A stretch of 64,000 bases of DNA from Deltaproteobacteria bacterium (GCA_037441565.1 JBBIRW010000005.1:1707-65706), one strand, 5' to 3'. Shown: positions 20,727-30,790, counted from the first letter of the stretch. Notes: generated by a model from the letters alone, not told the origin. Numbers and translations: made by a program.

Positions 20727-22274
20727 TTATCTCCTTGAGTACCATACAATAAGACCAAAGATCAGAAATACCTCGGGAAGGAATAGAACAGATCCGTAAA
20801 AGAGGATATCACCCTGTCTCTGGGTGAGATCGAGACTTGAGGACTTCAATATCTTCGGTCTTATTGAAATAAACTCCTCTTCAGACAGTAGCCAGTTACA
20901 TATATTAACGAAAAAATCCCTGTTGAAGAAAAGCGAAATAAATCTGTTGCTTGCAAAATCACTGTCTCCCACACATAAAATCCGTGCCTTCTTCCTGTCC
21001 TTAAGTTCCCTTTCCACTGCAGCAGCAACAGGAACAGGTCCCTTCAGGTCGTTGCTATCAAGCCTCGCCTCACCCCTTTCAAAAACCCTCCTCACATCCC
21101 TTTCAGCCCAGCTCGATGGTGATGTCCTTGCAATAACAGTTGATCTGGTATCCTTATCAGACAAGGATTTAATATCGACCGATCTCACCATGGAAAGTAG
21201 AATCCTGCCTCTCATAACCCTTGTTATGGGATGATCCTCAAATCTGTTTATCACTATATCAACTCCAAGAGCGGGCCCTGCGAAGAGCCTTAAAACCCTG
21301 TCTATTACAATATTATCACCAACAGTTATCCCCCATTTCTCAATATATTTCGAAAAAGAGGAGGAGATACCGGGATCAACAAGGAAAAGCACATTTCCAC
21401 CCCTGTTTAAATATTCATCTATTGCGCTTATCTCTTCTTGGAGAAGATCCCTTTCAGCACCTGCAATTATCAGTAGTGAACAGTCGGATGGAACGCCTTT
21501 CGCCTCAGGAATGAAGAGCTTCTTTACCTTATAATTCTCACTCTCAAGCGCCTTCTTTGCAGATCCATAACCCTTTGCAGCTGACTCATCAAGGGGATCC
21601 CTCTCTCCGTGACCTTCAAGGAAGTATATGACCTTCTCGCCCTTTGCAAGGACCCTTCTTATGGCGTTTGTAATCGATTCTTCTGAGAAATCCGTTACCT
21701 TAACCCATTGTGAATCCCTTTCAATTACAACTGTCCCATACTGATCGACCCCATACTTTTCCGCCAGGTCAGGCCTCTTTTCAGGATCTATAAGATTGTA
21801 GCTTATATGCTTCGATGCATAGGCATACATATCAAGGAGATCGGAAAAGTTTCTTCTCCCTTCATCCTTAACGAATGCGAAAATCCTTATGTCTTTATCG
21901 ATAGATTTCAGCACCTTCTGTGATTGATCAGAAAGGGTGTGTATGGAGGCCTCTGTAAGATCCCATCTCAGGTAATGCCTGTTTGATATTAGATTAATAA
22001 TGGCGATTGTAGCCACAATGAGCGAAATATAGATAAATGCGGGCACACCCTTTTTAAAGCTCCGATGAACAAAGAATTCCCTCAATGTTGACGAATTATA
22101 GTAGATGTATATTGCGATAAGGATAACCGATGACAGCAGATGTAACTTTACAAATATAGAAAATGAGAGGGTAAAAAGATAGCTCAGCATGCCAAAGATA
22201 AAAACAACAATTCCTATAAGGCCTGACATTCTCTTCAATTTTTCCACTGCACTACCTCCATCTCCAGGATTCAA
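20727..22274 (-). CDS. GldG-like ABC-transport auxiliary protein (Gldg family)
   Basis: 515 aa with N- and C-terminal TM helices flanking a large extracytoplasmic domain. It follows an ABC-2 permease. Confidence 0.6.
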   Translation of the reverse strand: MNPGDGGSAVEKLKRMSGLIGIVVFIFGMLSYLFTLSFSIFVKLHLLSSVILIAIYIYYNSSTLREFFVHRSFKKGVPAFIYISLIVATIAIINLISNRHYLRWDLTEASIHTLSDQSQKVLKSIDKDIRIFAFVKDEGRRNFSDLLDMYAYASKHISYNLIDPEKRPDLAEKYGVDQYGTVVIERDSQWVKVTDFSEESITNAIRRVLAKGEKVIYFLEGHGERDPLDESAAKGYGSAKKALESENYKVKKLFIPEAKGVPSDCSLLIIAGAERDLLQEEISAIDEYLNRGGNVLFLVDPGISSSFSKYIEKWGITVGDNIVIDRVLRLFAGPALGVDIVINRFEDHPITRVMRGRILLSMVRSVDIKSLSDKDTRSTVIARTSPSSWAERDVRRVFERGEARLDSNDLKGPVPVAAAVERELKDRKKARILCVGDSDFASNRFISLFFNRDFFVNICNWLLSEEEFISIRPKILKSSSLDLTQRQGDILFYGSVLFLPEVFLIFGLIVWYSRR

Positions 22275-23037
22275 CTGATCTGACGGTAAGAATAATGCCG
22301 ATTCCGATTATACTTAAAAAATACACCAGATCCCTTGTGTCAAACAGCCCCTCTGCCATCCTGATATAATGTTCCCTCAGAGATAGGTAGTAGAGGACAT
22401 CCCTAACCTTACCCTCCATGGTCTGGGCGGGCCATGCAACTACATAAAGGAGTATGAGGATGAGAAAACAGCTGGTCGCGGCGATAATCTGATTCTTTGT
22501 AAGTGTTGAGGTAAACATCCCTATTGATACATACGAAGAAGAAAGGAGTAGCAAACCCAGATATCCTGAAAGCAGAGGTCCTGGATCGGGATCTCCAGAT
22601 ATGAAGAGAAGTGCCGGATAGAGAAGCGTTATCAGAAGCATAATCATTATGAATCCCAGTGCACCAAGAAATTTTCCAGCAACAAGCTCCCCCACTTCAA
22701 TGGGTGATGTAAGGATAAGCTCATCGGTTCCATCCCTTCTCTCTTCAGCAAACAATCGCATTGTCATAAGCGGAACTATAAACATGAGTAGGAAGGAAAG
22801 GTTAAGGAAAAAGGGAGTCAGAACAAAAACATTCAGATTGAATGAAATAGAAGAATGAAACTGCCCTGTTGCCATCATCATGGTTTTTAATCTTATAAAG
22901 TTTCCAATAAGGGAGAAGAAGAACCATCCACTCAATGTTAAAAAACCTGCAATCACTGCATATGCAACAGGTGAAAGGAAGTAGCTTCTAATTTCCCTCT
23001 TCAGGATGGTAAGCACGTTCTTCATCTCTCTCCACAC
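22252..23037 (-). CDS. ABC-2 family transporter permease
   Basis: 261 aa, six TM helices. Confidence 0.7.
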   Translation of the reverse strand: MWREMKNVLTILKREIRSYFLSPVAYAVIAGFLTLSGWFFFSLIGNFIRLKTMMMATGQFHSSISFNLNVFVLTPFFLNLSFLLMFIVPLMTMRLFAEERRDGTDELILTSPIEVGELVAGKFLGALGFIMIMLLITLLYPALLFISGDPDPGPLLSGYLGLLLLSSSYVSIGMFTSTLTKNQIIAATSCFLILILLYVVAWPAQTMEGKVRDVLYYLSLREHYIRMAEGLFDTRDLVYFLSIIGIGIILTVRSVESWRWR

Positions 23038-23743
23038 CCCTTACCCTGATGGTGCTAGAAACAAAAATCTCTTCAAGCCATTGCGGATCCTTTCCATCGA
23101 TATACCCTTCATATGCAACCCTGCCCTCACTAATTATAATCACTTTGTTGCATATCATTGATATCTCAGGTATTAGATGCGAGCTTAAAAGAACGGTTTT
23201 CCTTCCTTCAAAGCTTTTGATGAGATTTCTTACCTCAATGACCTGATTGGGATCAAGACCTATTGTAGGCTCATCGAGTATTAATACATCCGGATCATGG
23301 ATTATCGCCTGTGCAAAACCCACTCTCTGCTGATATCCTTTTGAGAGGTTTCCAATAACCCTGGATCTCACATCCTCAAGACCACAAAGGTTTATACTCC
23401 TCTCTATAAGCTCCTTCTTTCTTACCCCTTTCACTCCCTTTATGTCAGCAACAAAATCAAGGTATGAATAGACGGTCATCTCCCTATACAGAGGCGGCCT
23501 TTCAGGAAGATAACCAATGATGCCTCTTACCTTTTTTGAGTCATTAAGAATATCATACCCCCCTATCTTTGCCGTTCCTCTGGAAGGTGGCATGAAACAG
23601 GAGAGGATTTTGAGGGTTGTGCTTTTGCCCGCCCCATTCGGACCGAGCAGACCGGCAATCTCCCCCCTCTCAATGCGAAAAGAGACATCCCTTATTGCCT
23701 CACGGTCACCATAATTTTTACATAGACCGATAGCTTCTATCAT
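22988..23743 (-). CDS. ABC transporter ATP-binding protein
   Basis: Walker A GPNGAGKST, signature LSKGYQQR, Walker B ILDEP. Confidence 0.85.
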   Translation of the reverse strand: MIEAIGLCKNYGDREAIRDVSFRIERGEIAGLLGPNGAGKSTTLKILSCFMPPSRGTAKIGGYDILNDSKKVRGIIGYLPERPPLYREMTVYSYLDFVADIKGVKGVRKKELIERSINLCGLEDVRSRVIGNLSKGYQQRVGFAQAIIHDPDVLILDEPTIGLDPNQVIEVRNLIKSFEGRKTVLLSSHLIPEISMICNKVIIISEGRVAYEGYIDGKDPQWLEEIFVSSTIRVRGVERDEERAYHPEEGN

Positions 23744-23823
23744 TTTCTTACCCTATGATATTGGTCTCTTGATATTTAATGATCGATAAGATTTAGTGGC
23801 TGCCAGCCACTTAATTAAACACC

Positions 23824-24039
23824 TCAGGTTCCGCCATAACCAATCGTGATCCTTTCACCTTCAACAATAACCGGAACCCTTCTATCACCACCAGTGATTT
23901 TTAACATCCTTTCCAAACCCTTTGGATCATCCTTGGCATTAATATATTCAACCGTGTACCCCTTTTTCTTGTAGTCCTCACGGGCCTGTGTTGTATATGG
24001 TCAAGTATCCTTTCCGAAAATTATTACCTTCTTCTCCAT
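23824..24039 (-). CDS. Glutaredoxin-like small protein with in-frame UGA at the active site (candidate selenoprotein, U-P-Y-T motif)
   Basis: SD AGGAGG 7 nt upstream of the ATG at 24039. It reads MEKKVIIFGKDT-TGA(24001..24003)-PYTTQAREDYKKKGYTVEYINAKDDPKGLERMLKITGGDRRVPVIVEGERITIGYGG. The Grx fold is conserved on both sides of the TGA in one frame. The TGA sits at the first Cys of the Grx CPYC motif. It is missing from the ORF track because of the internal TGA. Confidence 0.6.
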
Positions 24040-24323
24040 AGATTTACCTCCTGATCAATATATCTTATCGGGGACATTCCTACCGCAATTGAAGAGATCT
24101 CTTGCACCTCTCACTGCACTTCTTTCCCTGAAGTGCCATCTGTTCCTGAGTGGGGCATGCGATCCCCATTAATGAACGCTTTATCCCGTGCTGTAACTCC
24201 TCTTCCTTGTAGAGCAGAACAATATTTATCTCCTGATTGAGATCAGGGCATAATATGTTCTTTTCTTCCGTTTTAAACATGATACTACCTATCTTTCTTA
24301 CTTTACCCCATTTTTGAAATTGA

Positions 24324-24404
24324 TGGTCGAGGCGAGAGGATTTGAACCTCCGACCTCCTGGTCCCGAACCAGGCGCTCTGACCAGGCTGAGCTACGCCTC
24401 GACC
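24324..24404 (-). tRNA. tRNA-Pro (anticodon CGG)
   Basis: 7-bp acceptor stem GGTCGAG/CTCGACC, anticodon stem CCTGG/CCAGG with loop TTCGGGA, T-arm GGTTCAAATCC, encoded CCA. Confidence 0.85.
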
Positions 24405-25057
24405 GAAAATGCCTCATCCCTCATCCTCCTTATTGTCTCCCTGTAGTTATCCGTTCCAAATATCCCCGTTCCTGAAACGAGTATATCAGCACCTGCCCTG
24501 GCAACTGATCCTGCATTTCCAAGCTTTATCCCTCCATCTACCTCAAGCTCAACAGAAAGCCCCTTTCTATCTACCATCTCCCTTGCATCCCTTATCTTCT
24601 TAATCATTCCATTGATAAATTCCTGTCCACCGAATCCAGGATTGACACTCATGATCAGAAGAAGATCGATCTCATCAACTACATAATTAACAAGGGAAAG
24701 CTCCGAGGATGGATTAAGTGCAACCCCAGCCCTGCGACCTCCGTTTTTGATGTCATATATCACCCTGTGGAGATGAAACGTTGCCTCAGGATGTATAGTA
24801 ATTATATCTGCACCAGCCTTTATGAAATTCCTGATATATCTCTCTGGTTCATATATCATTAGATGAACATCAAGAGGAAGAGATGTGCATCTCCTTATTG
24901 CTTCCACCACAAGGGAACCCACACTTATATTTGGAACAAATCTTCCATCCATAATATCTATATGGATATAATCAGCCCCTGCAGCCTCAACTTCCTTTAT
25001 CTCCTCACCGAGCCTTGTAAAATCAGCTGCAAGGATAGATGGAGCGATCTTAACCAT
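24392..25057 (-). CDS. rpe: Ribulose-phosphate 3-epimerase
   Basis: MVKIAPSILAADF...HIDIMDGRFVPN. SD AAGGAGG 5 nt upstream of the ATG at 25057. The last 13 nt overlap the tRNA-Pro 5' end. Confidence 0.9.
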   Translation of the reverse strand: MVKIAPSILAADFTRLGEEIKEVEAAGADYIHIDIMDGRFVPNISVGSLVVEAIRRCTSLPLDVHLMIYEPERYIRNFIKAGADIITIHPEATFHLHRVIYDIKNGGRRAGVALNPSSELSLVNYVVDEIDLLLIMSVNPGFGGQEFINGMIKKIRDAREMVDRKGLSVELEVDGGIKLGNAGSVARAGADILVSGTGIFGTDNYRETIRRMRDEAFSVEA

Positions 25058-25117
25058 TAAACCTCCTTTTAAGATAGAATTATGCAATAAATTTCCTAAC
25101 TCTTTCAAATAGAATAA

Positions 25118-26455
25118 TCACTTGATTTTTCTAAGCCTTGCTCCAAAAAAGCCATCCATACCATGCCTATGCGGATAGATTCTTAAGAAAAGGTCCTTTC
25201 CTACAAGTGCTCTTGCTGGTTCAGGTAAAAATTCCCTCGGATCATCAACAACAATACCCCCTTTTTTTATAATACCTTTTATTACATCCTCCGTTTCTTC
25301 AGGAAGTACAGTGCACACACTGTAGACAAGGACACCTTTTTTATTGAGGAGTTTAACCGCATTTTCCATAAGCCTCGTCTGAATGCCTTTATACCTCTCG
25401 ATATCCTCCTTTTTCCTTCTGTGTTTTATCTCAGGATGCCTCCTTATTATGCCCAGATCCGAACAGGGTGGATCGAGAAGAATCCTGTCAAACTTTACGC
25501 CTATGAATGGGCACCCCTCTACTGCATCAGCAACAATGGGATAGATTATCTTCACACCCAACCTCATGCTGTTTTCTTTAAGCAGTAAGAGCCTCTGAAA
25601 ACTTATATCAACTGCATAGATCGCTCCCCTGTTTTCCATGAGTGCAGCCAGGTGTGTTGTTTTTACGCCAGGTGCTGCACAGATATCAAGAACGGTATCG
25701 CCCTCTTTTACCCCGAGCATATACGATATGAGTTGCGATGCCTCATCCTGAACAGAAAAATAACCTTCATCATAACCTGGAATCTCCCTAACATGCATCC
25801 GTGTGGCAAAGATTATGCCATCGGGCGAGTAAATGGTATTTGCAGCAACATAACCCTTTTCCTTCAACAGAGCAACAAAATCGTCCCTTTTTATCTTTAA
25901 TGTATTTACCCTCAGACATAATGGTGCATGCTCATTCAATGCCTCAAGGAGACGGGATATATCGGCTCTTCCAACTATCTGATATAGCTTTTTAACCATC
26001 CAGAGGGGGAAGGAGTAATATATGGAAAGGAAAAGGAATGGGTCCTTAACAGGGTCAGGATATCTGATCTTATCCTTCATCTCCAGGAATCTTCTAAGGC
26101 ATGCATTGACAAACCCTCTCTCCTCCTTCCTCTCAAGAAGATTTACAGTCTCATTAACTACTGCGTATGATGGCACCCTGTCCATAAAAATTGCCTGATA
26201 GATACCGATTCTTAATGCCTCAAGCACCCTTCTTTCCATCCTTTTTAAATCAATCTTTGAAATCTGCTTTATAATCCAATCGATCCTGATATTCCACCTG
26301 AGCACACCCATTACAATCTCATAAACAAATGCTCTGTCCAGTGTTGTTAATTTTGGTTTTCTCCGGAAGGTCTTATCCAGCACCTCATCGGCGTGGGATT
26401 TTTTCTCCCTTATGTGCATCAGAACCTGATGGGCACACTTCCTTGCCTCATCCAT
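25118..26455 (-). CDS. rsmB: 16S rRNA (cytosine967-C5)-methyltransferase RsmB/Sun
   Basis: NusB-like N-terminus, SAM motif DICAAPGVKT, catalytic PCSDLGIIRRHPE. It sits in the conserved def-fmt-rsmB arrangement. Confidence 0.85.
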   Translation of the reverse strand: MDEARKCAHQVLMHIREKKSHADEVLDKTFRRKPKLTTLDRAFVYEIVMGVLRWNIRIDWIIKQISKIDLKRMERRVLEALRIGIYQAIFMDRVPSYAVVNETVNLLERKEERGFVNACLRRFLEMKDKIRYPDPVKDPFLFLSIYYSFPLWMVKKLYQIVGRADISRLLEALNEHAPLCLRVNTLKIKRDDFVALLKEKGYVAANTIYSPDGIIFATRMHVREIPGYDEGYFSVQDEASQLISYMLGVKEGDTVLDICAAPGVKTTHLAALMENRGAIYAVDISFQRLLLLKENSMRLGVKIIYPIVADAVEGCPFIGVKFDRILLDPPCSDLGIIRRHPEIKHRRKKEDIERYKGIQTRLMENAVKLLNKKGVLVYSVCTVLPEETEDVIKGIIKKGGIVVDDPREFLPEPARALVGKDLFLRIYPHRHGMDGFFGARLRKIK

Positions 26456-26463
26456 ACAAGTTT

Positions 26464-27408
26464 TTACCTGCCAAGGATGGTGCCAGTTTTAATGGGAAAG
26501 CCTTTAAGAAATTCCGAAATAGGAAGTCTTCTCTTCCCTTCCCTCTGAATTTCAAGTATAGCAATTACTCCCTTTCCAGTTGCAACTTTTAATCCGTCGA
26601 TTCCTGCTTCAATAACAGTCCCCGGAAGGATGGAGGAGCTTTCCCTGTCAATTACCCTGGATGCATAGATCTTCAGCATCGTTTCCCCTATGAATGTATA
26701 CGCACCTGGCCATGGCTGAAGACCACGGATTCTGTTGTGAATAGCCTCAGCATCCATATGCCAGTCTATATTTCCATCCTCCTTTTTAATAAACCTTGCA
26801 TATGAGGCACGTTCATGATCCTGGGGGGTTGGCTTTATCGAACCCGAAAGGATCCCGTCAAGGGTTTCGATAAGGAGCTCACCGCCAATGATTGAAAGTC
26901 TCTTTTCAAGCTCCTCAGCATTCTCATCAGGAAGTATCTCGATCTCCCTTTGAAGGAGTATGTGGCCCGTATCAACACCTTCGTCCATGATCATTGTGGT
27001 TACACCCGTTTTTTTCTCTCCATTTATTATTGCCCATTGTATAGGTGCTGGCCCCCTGTATTTAGGAAGTAGTGATGCATGAACATTTACCGGTGCCTTT
27101 TTCGGGATGGACAGGAGCTGTGGGGGAAGTATCTTACCGTATGCAGCAACAACAATGAAATCAGGCGATAATCTGCTTATCTTTTCGATAAATTCCTGAG
27201 TTTTTATGCTCTCAGGCTGTAGTAGTGGAAGACCGAGTCTTAATGCCTCTTCCTTCACAGCTGGTGATGAAATCTGAAGACCCCTTCCTTTTGGTTTATC
27301 AGGAGTAGTAACGACAAGTGATATTCTGAAATCCGAATCCTTGAGTGTCCTCAATGAGGATAAGGCAAATGGTGATGTTCCCATAAAAACAACGTTTGCC
27401 CTGCTCAT
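26464..27408 (-). CDS. fmt: Methionyl-tRNA formyltransferase
   Basis: N-terminal VFMGT, SLLPKYRGPAPIQWAI motif. Confidence 0.9.
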   Translation of the reverse strand: MSRANVVFMGTSPFALSSLRTLKDSDFRISLVVTTPDKPKGRGLQISSPAVKEEALRLGLPLLQPESIKTQEFIEKISRLSPDFIVVAAYGKILPPQLLSIPKKAPVNVHASLLPKYRGPAPIQWAIINGEKKTGVTTMIMDEGVDTGHILLQREIEILPDENAEELEKRLSIIGGELLIETLDGILSGSIKPTPQDHERASYARFIKKEDGNIDWHMDAEAIHNRIRGLQPWPGAYTFIGETMLKIYASRVIDRESSSILPGTVIEAGIDGLKVATGKGVIAILEIQREGKRRLPISEFLKGFPIKTGTILGR

Positions 27409-27914
27409 GTTTGTTTCTGTAAAAGCTTTTTTCTGTTTCTCCTGTAGAGTTCCCTTTTCAAAAAGCTCACCCTATCAATGATAAGGGTTCCATTGAGATG
27501 GTCTATCTCATGCTGAATGGCAACTGCCTCAAGCCCTGAAGCCTTCAGTTCAACAGGCAACCCCTCCCTGTCAAGACCTTTAACAACAACATCGGATGCC
27601 CTTTTCACCTCAATGCTAAAATCTGGCACACTGAGACATCCCTCCTCATAGACGATCTCCCCTTCTGCATACACAATCTCCGGATTAATGAGAACGATAA
27701 GGCCATTGCCCTTCTCTTTTACTGAAACATCAACAACAATAATCCTCAGCAATTCACCGATCTGTGGAGCGGCGAGACCAATTCCCGGTGCAGCATACAT
27801 GGTTTCAATCATATCGGCTATTATCCTTCTTGTGCCCTCATCTACCATAACAACGGGCTTCGCCTTTCTCTTCAACAGGGGATGGGGATATTTCAAAATT
27901 TCCCTTACTGCCAT
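27405..27914 (-). CDS. def: Peptide deformylase
   Basis: GIGLAAPQIG, EGCLS and HEIDHLNG motifs. Confidence 0.9.
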   Translation of the reverse strand: MAVREILKYPHPLLKRKAKPVVMVDEGTRRIIADMIETMYAAPGIGLAAPQIGELLRIIVVDVSVKEKGNGLIVLINPEIVYAEGEIVYEEGCLSVPDFSIEVKRASDVVVKGLDREGLPVELKASGLEAVAIQHEIDHLNGTLIIDRVSFLKRELYRRNRKKLLQKQT

Positions 27915-27959
27915 AGTATCTTTCAGTTTAACAATAATAACTAATTAATTCAATGTATA

Positions 27960-29978
27960 TCACAAAATGTTAACAGGATCCACATCAACCTGAATTCTCA
28001 CACTACCTGAACGCCCTTCTCGAAGGAATTCTGAAAAGAGGATGCGAAGAAACCTGTCCATGCTATCCTTCCTCTTTGCCTTTAAAAGGATCTGCCACCT
28101 GTATTTCCCCCTCAATCTACTGTAAGGACAGGGCGCAGGACCGAGCAGCTTTATATCCTTTTTCAATTCAGAAAAACTTTCAAATATCTCTAAGGCTTTT
28201 AGCCTTATATCATCTGCAACCCTCGATACACTTTCCTCCTTCCTTCCCACAAATCTTATAATTGTAATGACGCTGAAGGGAGGGTATCCAAGCTCCTTTC
28301 TCTGTTTTATCTCCCACGCATAAAATGCCTCGTAATCCTGATCCTTTGCAAACATGATTATTGGATGATCCGGACTGTATGTTTGAAGGATAACTTTCCC
28401 CCTTATATCACCCCTTCCTGATCTACCAGCCACCTGGGTAAGTAACTGAAATGTCCTCTCACCTGCCCTGAAGTCAGGGAATGAGAGGGACATATCAGCC
28501 CATATAACACCAACCACTGTCAATGCCGGATAGTCGTGACCTTTTGTTATCATCTGGGTGCCAACAAGAATCTCGATCCTGCCGCTTTCCATTTCTTCAA
28601 AGATCTTTATATGGGAATCTCTCTCCCTTGTTGAATCCCTATCCATCCTCCTTACCCTTGACCATGGTAAAATCCCTTTTATCTCATTAACGATCCTCTC
28701 TGTTCCTGCACCTGAAAGGGAGATCCTGTAGCCATGGCAGCCAGGACACTGGCTCGGTGCATTTACCGCATAACTGCAATAATGACATAGCATCCTCTTT
28801 TCCTTATTATGATAGGTAAGGGGGACATTACATAATGGACATCTATGGCTCCATCCGCAATCCCTGCAGAATATAAAAGGGGCAAAGCCCCTTCTGTTTA
28901 GAAATATTAGCGACTGCCCTCTCCTTCTCCAGTTTTCCTCAAGTGCAATCCTGAGCTTTTCCGAAATAAACCCCTTTTTCTCCTCCTTTTTCAAATCTAC
29001 TACCTCAACCTCAGGAAGGGACCTTTTTTCAATCCTCTTTGGAAGCCTTAAAAGCTCTATCTCCCCTTTTTTTGCACGGAAATATACCTCAACAGATGGT
29101 GTTGCAGAACCAAGTATAACAGGTATATTCCATATATTCCCCCGAAGGATCGCCATATCCCTTGCATTGTACCTTATGCCCTCCTCCTGCTTGTAGGATG
29201 GGTCATGCTCTTCATCAATAATAATCAATCCGAGATCCTCCACTGGCGCGAAAATGGATGAGCGTGCTCCAATAACTATCCTTTTCTTACCCTTTTTAAT
29301 ATCAAGCCACTCCCTGAACCTTTCTTTCTCTGACATCCTGCTGTGAAAGATGGCAATCAGTTCACCAAATCTCGCGCTGAATCTCGATGAAAGTTGAGGC
29401 GTAAGCGAGATCTCCGGAACAAGGATGATCGCGCCCCTCCCCCGTTCGATCACACTGGAGATAGCCCTTATATAAACCTCGGTCTTTCCACTCCCTGTAA
29501 CACCATGCAGGAGAAAGACCCTGTGTGATCCTTCAATTATCGATCCCTTTATCCGCTCGAAGGCAAAGATCTGATAGGTATTTAAATCAGGTGCATCCTC
29601 GGATCCATGGTCTTCTTTTACAAAAAATCCTGAATCTTTTTCAGCCGGGATCTTTCTTTTAAGGTCGAAAGGCAATGCCCCTCTTATCACTTCTCCTATG
29701 GGTGAAAGGTAATAGTCTGAAAGTCCCATCAGGAATTTCAGCATCCTTTCAGAAAGCAGGGGTTCATCATCGACAACCTCAATGATGGGCTTTATATCCT
29801 GTGCATATGACTTCTCTATAAAGGAAATGACGAATCCTATAATGATTCTGTTTCTAAAGGAAACCTTAACCCTCTTTCCAATCTCAACTGACTCCCTTAG
29901 CGCATCAGGTATTGAATAGTGAAATGTTTTGTAAAGGGGGAGTGGCACAGCAATTTCAGCTATGGACCTTCCCTCCAA
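27960..29978 (-). CDS. priA: Primosomal protein N' (replication restart helicase PriA)
   Basis: 672 aa. Walker A GVTGSGKT, DEEH box, Cys-rich zinc-binding region (CxxC x4), C-terminal helicase domain. Confidence 0.9.
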   Translation of the reverse strand: MEGRSIAEIAVPLPLYKTFHYSIPDALRESVEIGKRVKVSFRNRIIIGFVISFIEKSYAQDIKPIIEVVDDEPLLSERMLKFLMGLSDYYLSPIGEVIRGALPFDLKRKIPAEKDSGFFVKEDHGSEDAPDLNTYQIFAFERIKGSIIEGSHRVFLLHGVTGSGKTEVYIRAISSVIERGRGAIILVPEISLTPQLSSRFSARFGELIAIFHSRMSEKERFREWLDIKKGKKRIVIGARSSIFAPVEDLGLIIIDEEHDPSYKQEEGIRYNARDMAILRGNIWNIPVILGSATPSVEVYFRAKKGEIELLRLPKRIEKRSLPEVEVVDLKKEEKKGFISEKLRIALEENWRRRGQSLIFLNRRGFAPFIFCRDCGWSHRCPLCNVPLTYHNKEKRMLCHYCSYAVNAPSQCPGCHGYRISLSGAGTERIVNEIKGILPWSRVRRMDRDSTRERDSHIKIFEEMESGRIEILVGTQMITKGHDYPALTVVGVIWADMSLSFPDFRAGERTFQLLTQVAGRSGRGDIRGKVILQTYSPDHPIIMFAKDQDYEAFYAWEIKQRKELGYPPFSVITIIRFVGRKEESVSRVADDIRLKALEIFESFSELKKDIKLLGPAPCPYSRLRGKYRWQILLKAKRKDSMDRFLRILFSEFLREGRSGSVRIQVDVDPVNIL

Positions 29979-29979
29979 T

Positions 29980-30753
29980 TCAACCCCCTTTTTTCCATAT
30001 CTCCATGAGTTTTTCGTAAGATGGTGGAAATACAGGATTATACCTTAAGAAGCTCGGGATGGGATATCTTATCCCACCTTGATGGGTGCCCTTTAATCCC
30101 TCCACGATCTCCTCACTGAACTTCCACGGGAATGTAAATGCCATCTCTTGATCCTGTGTTTGACCGAAAAGCCTATCACCATAGCATGGAAGAATGATCT
30201 GGGGCATCTGCGTCTGGGTAGTTTTTACAACGATATCAGCGCAATCAACCCTTCCTGTGAAACTGCAGGTAAGGGAGCCCCCCCTTTTAAAGAGAAATGC
30301 AGTGAGAAGCCTCAGAACCTGTCCAGAATTCCCATATACAACAACAACATCAGGAACATAATCTATCCTATTAAGTGGACCTGCAACGATGTATCCGTAT
30401 CTGCCGTATTCAAACTTTGGGACAGCCTCCTCTGAAATTCTTCCAGCCTCCTTTGTCTCTGTATACATCCCGAAGCAGAGATTTCCCTCTGTGTAAAAAT
30501 CAACGGGTTTATCAAATCCAAATGCAACCCTTGCAAGGGGGCAATTAATGTCCTCCCTCTCCATCGCCACTGTCCATCCATATCTTCTCCCTATGGATAT
30601 TCCCTGACATATAGCTATTTCACAACCAAAATCTCTTCTTGGAATCTTCACCTTTGCAGGGAGATCCTCCTTCTCGAACATTCTGATACCAAGAGGAAAG
30701 CTTTCAGGTCTCAGGTATCTCTCCAGTTCATCATTAAGTGTTTTTGTATCCAT
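29980..30753 (-). CDS. DUF169-family protein (COG2043-like, function unknown)
   Basis: 257 aa, Cys-containing conserved blocks (GCEIAICQG, NCPLARVAFGF). Confidence 0.5.
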   Translation of the reverse strand: MDTKTLNDELERYLRPESFPLGIRMFEKEDLPAKVKIPRRDFGCEIAICQGISIGRRYGWTVAMEREDINCPLARVAFGFDKPVDFYTEGNLCFGMYTETKEAGRISEEAVPKFEYGRYGYIVAGPLNRIDYVPDVVVVYGNSGQVLRLLTAFLFKRGGSLTCSFTGRVDCADIVVKTTQTQMPQIILPCYGDRLFGQTQDQEMAFTFPWKFSEEIVEGLKGTHQGGIRYPIPSFLRYNPVFPPSYEKLMEIWKKGG

Positions 30754-30790
30754 ACATACCCCCTATTATTTTTTGAAGGAGACGCTGAAA

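Noticed and set aside
24080-24280. 66-aa minus-strand ORF between tRNA-Pro and the glutaredoxin-like gene
   Set aside because: Weak SD and no recognisable motif. The region may simply be tRNA leader/trailer and promoter for the downstream small gene, so it is kept as unsupported.
24040-24323. Possible tRNA-Sec (selC) adjacent to the selenoprotein candidate
   Set aside because: I searched the flanks for a ~95-nt tRNA with a UCA anticodon and the 8+5 acceptor/T-stem pattern. Only the tRNA-Pro and the two tRNA-Ser elsewhere are present in this window.
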